Assembly (NCBI GenBank): GCA_964638425.1
Contig: CAZWYM010000003.1
Span: forward strand, 16,289-80,288
DNA length: 64,000 bases
Reading direction: 5' to 3'
Source of the DNA: an uncultured Candidatus Saccharibacteria bacterium
GTDB lineage: Bacteria; Patescibacteriota; Minisyncoccia; Phycocordibacterales; UBA918
Under the pieces are notes generated by a model. That model was not told where the DNA came from, made no database searches, and saw nothing but the letters and a program-made list of their open reading frames with translations. The position numbers were made by a program, and so were the translations under genes. Of this stretch, positions 57,867-64,000 are shown in pieces. Positions within the stretch are counted from its first letter, which is position 1. Every line of letters begins with the position of its first letter.

Positions 57867-58340
57867 ATGAAACGACTTATCATTGCAATCATCCTCATGC
57901 TCGTAATATATGTTCTCGGCACACAGGTCGCAGATCAAATTAAGATTTACATCCAGCATGCGTCGCTCATGCTCGCTGGGGTCGATTCTGAACGTACACG
58001 CGATGCTGTCCGTACTCATTTCAATGCAGTCGTAGGAGGAACTCCAATACCTGAAGACGCACACATTTCCATCAAGCCTGTTGCAATCAACCTTGATGAC
58101 ACAACCGACATCATCGCTACAATCGAATCTCCACGAACCTGTGGTAGTGGTGGTTGCCTTACTGCAATTTTTTTACAAAATGCAAACAAAGAATTTAGAC
58201 CAACATCATTCGCATACACACTCAAAGACATCGAAGTGCAATCAGGTGTCACGAGTGGCATGCATGACCTCATGATCAACGAAGACCCTCAGAACCTCAT
58301 GCGATGGGATGGTGCTCAGTACACTCAAAACACCATCTAG
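57867..58340 (+). CDS. hypothetical secreted/membrane-anchored protein
   Basis: A 157 aa ORF with an N-terminal hydrophobic segment and no motif recognised. Confidence 0.35.
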   Translation: MKRLIIAIILMLVIYVLGTQVADQIKIYIQHASLMLAGVDSERTRDAVRTHFNAVVGGTPIPEDAHISIKPVAINLDDTTDIIATIESPRTCGSGGCLTAIFLQNANKEFRPTSFAYTLKDIEVQSGVTSGMHDLMINEDPQNLMRWDGAQYTQNTI

Positions 58341-58652
58341 CCCTCACGAGCCTACACCTCTAAAAAATGAGCTTTAAGGAGGGAAGTGCCAATTTCCGAA
58401 AAAACGACAAAAATCGAATTTTAGTGAAATCGCGAAAAACGCATATTCGAACCTAGAGGGAATACTTTCTTACTGTAGAAGAATTTCCCAGGAATAAAGA
58501 AAGAAAAAGATTCAGACTAAACGTGAACAAAGGTACATATACCACAATGAAGCCACTCCGCAGAATCGCTATACAGGGGACTACGCCCCCACAGTATATG
58601 TCGTAAAAGATATATTGTGCGACGCTTATAGTATTTAGAAGTGGCGCATTCC

Positions 58653-59417
58653 CTATACATTAAAGAGGTCACGTTTTATTTTTTCGTACTGCGGAGTTTC
58701 TTTTGAAAGAACTATTTCTATCGTCCCCCTCCGTCCGAGGAGCGATTCAAGTTCAGTATGCTTATCCAAATACAAACGTAATTTTTTGGGAATTATTTCA
58801 TCCTGAGAAATGACATTTAAATTTTTGTAGGAATCGCGGATAAAGTCCTTGAGGACGGTATAGTGCGTACACCCAAGGATGACCGTATCAATCTCCCCCA
58901 TTTTGCTGTCGATGACACTTTTCACCTTTTCCCTTGCTCCGTCCATATCACCTGTTTCGATGTACGGGACGAGGTGTGGGGTTGCTTCACTACTCAGTGC
59001 AATTTTGTGTGAGAGCTGGTCTATCTCGTACTCATACTTTTTTGAGCTAATGGTCCGCATCGTCCCGATGAGGAGCGCGTTGTGCACATGCCGCTCGATG
59101 AGCTCTTCGATGGTTGGAATAATCACCCCAAGTATTCTCCGGTCTTTGTATTGCCCTACAAGCATCGTGTCCTGGAGTATTCGTACTGCTTCAGCAGAAG
59201 CAGTGTTGCATGCAACAATGACGAGAACTACATCACGATCAAAAAGATACTGCACCGCATATCGTGTAAAGGTTAAAATCTCTTCACTTGTCTTATCGCC
59301 ATATGGAAGATGCGCAGTGTCACCATAGTAAAGATACTCATACTGCGGAAGCAATTCGCGCACCGTCTTTAAGACCGTGAGTCCCCCAAGCCCTGAATCA
59401 AAAAAACCTATTTTCAT
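58653..59417 (-). CDS. murI: glutamate racemase
   Basis: FDSGLGGLTV…VIVACNTASA… and a second Cys region (ILGCTHY). Confidence 0.9.
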   Translation of the reverse strand: MKIGFFDSGLGGLTVLKTVRELLPQYEYLYYGDTAHLPYGDKTSEEILTFTRYAVQYLFDRDVVLVIVACNTASAEAVRILQDTMLVGQYKDRRILGVIIPTIEELIERHVHNALLIGTMRTISSKKYEYEIDQLSHKIALSSEATPHLVPYIETGDMDGAREKVKSVIDSKMGEIDTVILGCTHYTVLKDFIRDSYKNLNVISQDEIIPKKLRLYLDKHTELESLLGRRGTIEIVLSKETPQYEKIKRDLFNV

Positions 59418-59650
59418 ACGTCATCTATTTTCATAAACCGTGGTACGACGTTTCCTTCTTTTGTAGCTACGTCAGATTCAAAATCTTCTATCGGACGAAT
59501 CCAAACCGTCTCTGCGCCAAACTCTGTTTCGTATTCTGCTCGGTACACAACACACAAGCGCTCTGGGTCTGATTCCAGTCTCGCAATAGAAAGGACGGTG
59601 TACTCCCCTCCTTTGTAATGCCGATATCGCTTCCCTGTTTCTGCTTTCAT
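59414..59650 (-). CDS. DUF1653-like small protein
   Basis: A 78 aa ORF. YRHYKGGEYTVL…VVYR…WIRP resembles the DUF1653 family. Confidence 0.5.
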   Translation of the reverse strand: MKAETGKRYRHYKGGEYTVLSIARLESDPERLCVVYRAEYETEFGAETVWIRPIEDFESDVATKEGNVVPRFMKIDDV

Positions 59651-59658
59651 ATATGTAT

Positions 59659-60120
59659 TTAATTATGCGAACGGAGCTTTACGACTTTGTCATAATGTTT
59701 TTTCACTACCGGCTGAACAGAGAGTCGCATCCCCTGCTTTACGACAAGCATATCAGCAAAGAACGGGTCGTTCTTAAGCTCAGCAAGAAGAAGTGGTTCA
59801 GCAAACTTTTCAACGAATGCGACATCTACAGAAAACCAGCGCGGATTTTCTTTCTTTGATTTTGGGTCGCATTTGTATGATGTGGCGTCAAACTGTGTCG
59901 GGTCAGGGTAGGCTTCCCTCTTAATCTCTGCGAGCCCTACTATGCCGACATCCTTCGTACTTGAATGATAAAAGAGTACCCTATCCCCTACCTCCATATC
60001 ATCACGTATAAAATTCCGCGCTTGGTAGTTGCGAACATCGTCCCACATACCCACCGCATCGCGCTTGAGATCGTCGATGCTGTAACACGTTGGTTCACTC
60101 TTCATTAGCCAGTATTTCAC
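59659..60120 (-). CDS. EVE (PUA-like) domain protein
   Basis: YWLMKSEP…YSIDDL…WDDVRNYQARNFIRDDMEVGDRVLFYHS matches the EVE domain signature. Confidence 0.7.
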   Translation of the reverse strand: MKYWLMKSEPTCYSIDDLKRDAVGMWDDVRNYQARNFIRDDMEVGDRVLFYHSSTKDVGIVGLAEIKREAYPDPTQFDATSYKCDPKSKKENPRWFSVDVAFVEKFAEPLLLAELKNDPFFADMLVVKQGMRLSVQPVVKKHYDKVVKLRSHN

Positions 60121-60162
60121 CCAGTCATAATATCACTAAACAAAAAAATACGCGTGCGTTAA

Positions 60163-60200
60163 TAAAAAACAGACCCCTCAATTGAGGGGTCTGTTTTTTA
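60163..60200 (-). terminator. rho-independent (bidirectional) terminator
   Basis: AAAAAACAGACCCCTC-aatt-GAGGGGTCTGTTTTTTAT. It lies downstream of the 60201..60596 gene. Confidence 0.6.
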
Positions 60201-60596
60201 TTAACGCATTGCAATCGTACTTGACCAACAAGCTTTGGATGAAGCCCATGGTTTTGTACCCTGCCGTAGGTAGAGATCACGAGCATACTCCATGTTATCG
60301 TATCTATCATTGAGGTCGAGACCAAGCTCCTTTGCTGTTTCTTCGTGATAACGCTTATTAATTTGCATTACCCCGGTATCAGCTGGATCCTGCTTCCCTC
60401 TCAAGACAGTACCATCTGGTAGTTCATGTCGAAATGTCGATTCACAACGTGCGATTTGAATCATGACGGGTATGTCGCTAAAGTAGGAACGGACTGCCGT
60501 TTCTGTGTCTGTTCCAATCAGCCTTTCTTTAGTGACCTGATCTTCATTTGTTGCAATGTGCCCATATGCAGAGTCCACTACTGGAACTGCTACCAC
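60201..60596 (-). CDS. lytic transglycosylase/lysozyme-like small protein
   Basis: ARCESTFRH…DTGVMQINKRYH resembles the catalytic E-S…G(L)MQ(I) motif of SLT/goose-type lysozyme domains. An in-frame hydrophobic stretch upstream has no ATG/GTG start. Confidence 0.5.
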   Translation of the reverse strand: MVAVPVVDSAYGHIATNEDQVTKERLIGTDTETAVRSYFSDIPVMIQIARCESTFRHELPDGTVLRGKQDPADTGVMQINKRYHEETAKELGLDLNDRYDNMEYARDLYLRQGTKPWASSKACWSSTIAMR

Positions 60597-60799
60597 GTTC
60601 GATACAGCGAATATTGCTGTAATTAAACTAGATAAAATAAGCCAAGGGTCTTATCGAACAAAAAACGGCCGAAGCCGAGTTCATATATAATAACACGTGT
60701 ATACCTAAAGTCAAATTAGGCAACTCATTCTGTATATGTCAATATTATTCAATATCCTTATTTTGAGCCATATTTATATAAATATAATTTGACAAATGT

Positions 60800-61651
60800 C
60801 TACTTTTTATTGTCTAATTCGTTCTTTAAAAGAGCCATTGCACCATACAGGCCCCCCTCATCCTTAAGGGTAGCATCCACTATTTTGGGGCATGGGACGA
60901 GGCTCCCAACCGTCTCTTTTGTATGCTTAATGATGTCCTCGAGGAGGATTCGTGGGTCACCCACAATCATAGAACCCCCAAGCACAATGACGTCTGGAGA
61001 CCAGTACATTATCGTGTTATTGAGTCCAGACGCAAGGTATTTGGCGAGTTCGTCCCATACATAGTCATCTTGTGCTATTTCGTAGGGTTTCGTTCCTCGG
61101 CGCTTCTCAAGCGCTGTCCCTGAAACGAGGTTTTCGAGCGTTGGTGGGGTTGCGTGTCCTATGACTGTTCTATCGATATCGAGGATTTGATGCCCAGGTT
61201 CAAAACCAATACTCATAACATCAAGGTGTCCGTCCACAAACCGCGCTCCTCCAACTCCTGTACTCACGGTATGGTACGCAACAATGCTGTACCCCTTCCC
61301 TGCGCCGAAGACTACCTCTCCAAGCCCAACGAGTGCAGTGTCGTTTGCGAGATACACGGGTACATCGTAAGCCTGCTTCAAATCACCCACAATCGAGCGC
61401 CCAACCCAATCGCGCAATTTTGTTTCACTTACAATCCCCGTATGTTCCTTATTTAGGGGTCCTCGGATACCTCCTGCAATGCCTTTTATCGCCTTCCCTT
61501 TACGGACAGTCTCAATTGCATCGAGGACCGCCTTCATTCCATCTGCATAGAGTGGTGGCGTATCAAACTTCACCACATCTGAAATGGTAAACAAATCAGT
61601 GCTAGCAGCAACTCTTGTCTTGGTACCACCTATGTCAAAGAGAATGTACAT
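60800..61651 (-). CDS. ROK-family sugar kinase (glucokinase-like)
   Basis: An N-terminal LFDIGGTKTRVA and the central ROK pattern. It lacks the ROK Cys zinc motif. Confidence 0.75.
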   Translation of the reverse strand: MYILFDIGGTKTRVAASTDLFTISDVVKFDTPPLYADGMKAVLDAIETVRKGKAIKGIAGGIRGPLNKEHTGIVSETKLRDWVGRSIVGDLKQAYDVPVYLANDTALVGLGEVVFGAGKGYSIVAYHTVSTGVGGARFVDGHLDVMSIGFEPGHQILDIDRTVIGHATPPTLENLVSGTALEKRRGTKPYEIAQDDYVWDELAKYLASGLNNTIMYWSPDVIVLGGSMIVGDPRILLEDIIKHTKETVGSLVPCPKIVDATLKDEGGLYGAMALLKNELDNKK

Positions 61652-61664
61652 ACGAGTTCAAATA

Positions 61665-62933
61665 TTACGCAAGTAATGCCTTGGTGTGCTTCTTATAAAG
61701 CTCAACACTCGGCTGGTGGAACGGGTCAACGTCGAGGAGGTGCGCGAGACACATAACCTCAAGCATGAGTGAGACGAGCAACCCTCCAATTTCTTGAGGC
61801 GCACAATTTGTAAGCTCGGTGCTTCGGTACGGAAGCTTCTGGTCATCGTACGCTTGGAGTACCCCATTCTTGATAGCATCCTTCATACTCTCAAACTCCT
61901 TCCCCTGAAGGAACGGAAGATGCTCAAGAATCCAGCTTGAATTATCGCTCACGAGTGTGTCACCTTCTTTGTATGAAAGGAAGTGTGTGTACATGTTCTG
62001 GTATCCACTAAGGAAGAGCTCCGACATAGAGTGGAGGTCTGCACTCGTCGACACAGCAGGAAGCAAAGCGAATTCAAATGGTTTCTTTTTGTTTGTTACC
62101 GTTTTACCAATACTCTCTGCAAGGAGTTGTCTGTACCAGTATCCTATGAGTGAAAGGCGCTTATTGAAGGTAAAGAAGTTTACGGTATGTGTTCCTGACT
62201 CTGCCTCAAGCGCGAGTGTTACTGCACTTTCGTGTATGTGACTGATTGATTCAGGTGACAGTGCTGAGGTTGCTCCTTTGCGGAGTGAAGCAACATCAAT
62301 ACCGAGTAGTGTAAGTGGCACAATACCAACTGCGGTGAGTACTGAGTACCGACCTCCAACAATCGTAGGCATTTTTATACAAAGGATTTTCTTTTTCTTT
62401 CCTGCATTGAAAAAAGGTGTTCCTTCGTCACCAATAAAGATAGTACGCGCGTATGTATCTGCCTCGCCAAATTTCTTTACTGAGAGCGCTAGGAGCTTCT
62501 GCGCATTTACCATCGTCTCTGTCGTTCCGCCAGACTTACTAATGACAATGAAAGCAACATCACTCGCGTTTCGCGTCTTCTTAATGAGTGCTTCTACTTC
62601 AACAAATGCATCACTTTCAATACTATCGAGCACAATAAGTGCTGGGCTGTTTGGTGACTTCAGTGCATGATAGACCGCTTCTGTACCCAAATTAGAACCG
62701 CCAATACCAACGAGTACCACCTGCTTCACTCCAAGGAATGGTACAAGCGCCTTTTGGATTGTATTCTGGTACTTAGTATCTTCAGCAACAAAAAGAGATG
62801 ATTCTGAAAACGAATAGTTATGCTCCTTTCTCTTTTTGAGAATTGAATCAGTGTATGTTTGGACTTTTTTAAGGAAGAGGGTCTTTCGTTTCTTTGATAC
62901 GGTGCTGTTATGGAAGGATGTATTCATATGCAT
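61665..62933 (-). CDS. pgi: glucose-6-phosphate isomerase
   Basis: A 422 aa ORF with the SIS-domain PGI pattern (VLVGIGGSNLG…). Confidence 0.85.
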   Translation of the reverse strand: MHMNTSFHNSTVSKKRKTLFLKKVQTYTDSILKKRKEHNYSFSESSLFVAEDTKYQNTIQKALVPFLGVKQVVLVGIGGSNLGTEAVYHALKSPNSPALIVLDSIESDAFVEVEALIKKTRNASDVAFIVISKSGGTTETMVNAQKLLALSVKKFGEADTYARTIFIGDEGTPFFNAGKKKKILCIKMPTIVGGRYSVLTAVGIVPLTLLGIDVASLRKGATSALSPESISHIHESAVTLALEAESGTHTVNFFTFNKRLSLIGYWYRQLLAESIGKTVTNKKKPFEFALLPAVSTSADLHSMSELFLSGYQNMYTHFLSYKEGDTLVSDNSSWILEHLPFLQGKEFESMKDAIKNGVLQAYDDQKLPYRSTELTNCAPQEIGGLLVSLMLEVMCLAHLLDVDPFHQPSVELYKKHTKALLA

Positions 62934-63682
62934 TATATTTGTCGGGGTGAAGTGGTATCTACATTTTTAACAATGTAATCATACGCCTCGTCGACAGAAT
63001 CAACAATATGGAACAAATCCATGTCTTCTTCTGAAATCGTTCGATATTTCTTGAGGAGCTGTGCCTCAACATACTTCATAAGTGGCTCCCAGAAGTCTCG
63101 CCCATAGAGAACAACCGGTATTTTACTAATTTTCTTGGTTTGGATGAGGGTGATAATTTCAAAAAGCTCATCGAGTGTTCCGAAGCCTCCTGGGAAATAA
63201 ATGTACACTTCAGAAGCAAATGAAAGCATTACCTTTCGTGAGAAGAAGAAGTGGAATGTCTCTGTTTCGGTAACGTACGGATTGAGCTTCTGTTCCATTG
63301 GGAGCTGAATGTTGAGACCAACCGACTTCCCTCCTACTTTGAATGAGCCTACGTTTGCCGCTTCCATAATACCTGGTCCGCCTCCGGTAATAATCGCAAA
63401 ACCTTTCTTAGCAAGCTGTGAGGCGAGGAGTTCTGCCGCCTTGTACGAAGGATCCATCGGTGAAAGACGCGCGCTTCCAAAAAAAGTTGCCGCAGTACTA
63501 TACTTTCGAAGTATGTCGAATCCAGACACGAATTCAGACATGATTCTGAATGTTCTCCATGATTGCACTGCATCATCCTCCTCGAAGAGGTCGGTGAGTA
63601 CGCGACAGTGCATATTGCGCGCGTCTTTCTTGAGACTAAACTTTTTACCTTTTGAATCCCCCTTTTTCTTGAGTATTGCCAT
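62933..63682 (-). CDS. LOG-family (TIGR00730) cytokinin-riboside-5'-monophosphate phosphoribohydrolase-like protein
   Basis: GGGPGIMEAAN and PGGFGTLDE motifs. Confidence 0.8.
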   Translation of the reverse strand: MAILKKKGDSKGKKFSLKKDARNMHCRVLTDLFEEDDAVQSWRTFRIMSEFVSGFDILRKYSTAATFFGSARLSPMDPSYKAAELLASQLAKKGFAIITGGGPGIMEAANVGSFKVGGKSVGLNIQLPMEQKLNPYVTETETFHFFFSRKVMLSFASEVYIYFPGGFGTLDELFEIITLIQTKKISKIPVVLYGRDFWEPLMKYVEAQLLKKYRTISEEDMDLFHIVDSVDEAYDYIVKNVDTTSPRQI

Positions 63683-63702
63683 TCACAAATTCTATCATAC
63701 GA

Positions 63703-64000
63703 CTACATCCACGGAATAGAAAATTGTTCAAATTCTGGTAACAACTTCTTGCCATAGAGGAGGCGTGAGATAACTTCTGCATGTGAGAGTGCGCCCGTGA
63801 GTGCATTGTGCGGGTCCGGCTCATCAGCAATACCACAATAGTTGAGTACTGCATCGAGATTGAGTGCAGAACGTCGATGCAGTGCGTCGACTGGTGGAGT
63901 AAGTCCTTGATTAATCATGTGCATGTAGCAGAGTGAATGCGTATCAATAGTGCGGTGTGCCAAATCCCATGCAATTCCCTCTCGTTCACACGCCGCTTTG
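63703..64000 (-). CDS. possible DEDD-type 3'-5' exonuclease, C-terminal part (gene continues beyond window end)
   Basis: The ORF remains open to the window edge. The C-terminal HNALTGALSHAEV resembles Exo motif III. The match is weak. Confidence 0.3.
   Translation of the reverse strand, partial: KAACEREGIAWDLAHRTIDTHSLCYMHMINQGLTPPVDALHRRSALNLDAVLNYCGIADEPDPHNALTGALSHAEVISRLLYGKKLLPEFEQFSIPWM

Noticed and set aside
58441-58470. tRNA-like GGTTCGAAT (T-loop-like) motif on the minus strand
   Set aside because: The flanking sequence cannot form T-stem, acceptor stem or anticodon arm pairings. No tRNA was found in the window by eye.
63309-63719. 136-aa plus-strand ORF overlapping the LOG-family gene
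   Set aside because: It is antisense to a well-supported gene with strong LOG motifs and has no motif of its own.

Overview
This 64 kb window is a low-GC bacterial chromosomal segment, about 40% GC by eye, with mostly short intergenic spacers and same-strand runs of housekeeping genes. Shine-Dalgarno motifs are usually weak, but several sigma70-like promoters are recognisable. Its gene content looks like a small-genome, possibly Patescibacteria-like organism. The evidence is a Cys-less ribosomal protein L36, a short AlaRS lacking the C-terminal domain, and a sigma-region-4 plus HARE-HTH protein. This is inference only. The core content is translation and envelope housekeeping. It includes typA (3' part), leuS, mnmA, mltG, a truncated alaS, the infA-rpmJ-rpsM-rpsK-rpsD-rpoA-rplQ-rplM-rpsI operon, grpE-dnaK-dnaJ, trpS, a T-box-led aspS, pepA, scpAB, a dacA-like gene, mraY-ftsW-murG, gltX, an M23 peptidase, murI, a ROK kinase, pgi and a LOG-family gene. 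Embedded in this is an AT-richer accessory island at about 30.8-43.5 kb encoding an unusual enzyme set. It contains homospermidine synthase, a multi-TM histidine kinase, a class IV aminotransferase, a 2OG-Fe(II) oxygenase, a Gfo/Idh/MocA oxidoreductase, an S51 peptidase, a stand-alone AlaRS catalytic-domain paralog, a GCS2 carboxylate-amine ligase, an AstE/AspA-family deacylase and an ArsC/LMW-PTP. A RhuM-Fic/Doc gene follows the island and is flanked by a ~50 nt duplication of the trpS promoter and start. Other notable loci are an ATP-cone-restriction-endonuclease fusion next to a Cas4-like Fe-S nuclease and a mini-Ogt. There is also a pair of terminator-linked units after rpsI that carry hairpins with covarying stems and an identical 10-nt loop. 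No tRNA, rRNA or CRISPR array was found.
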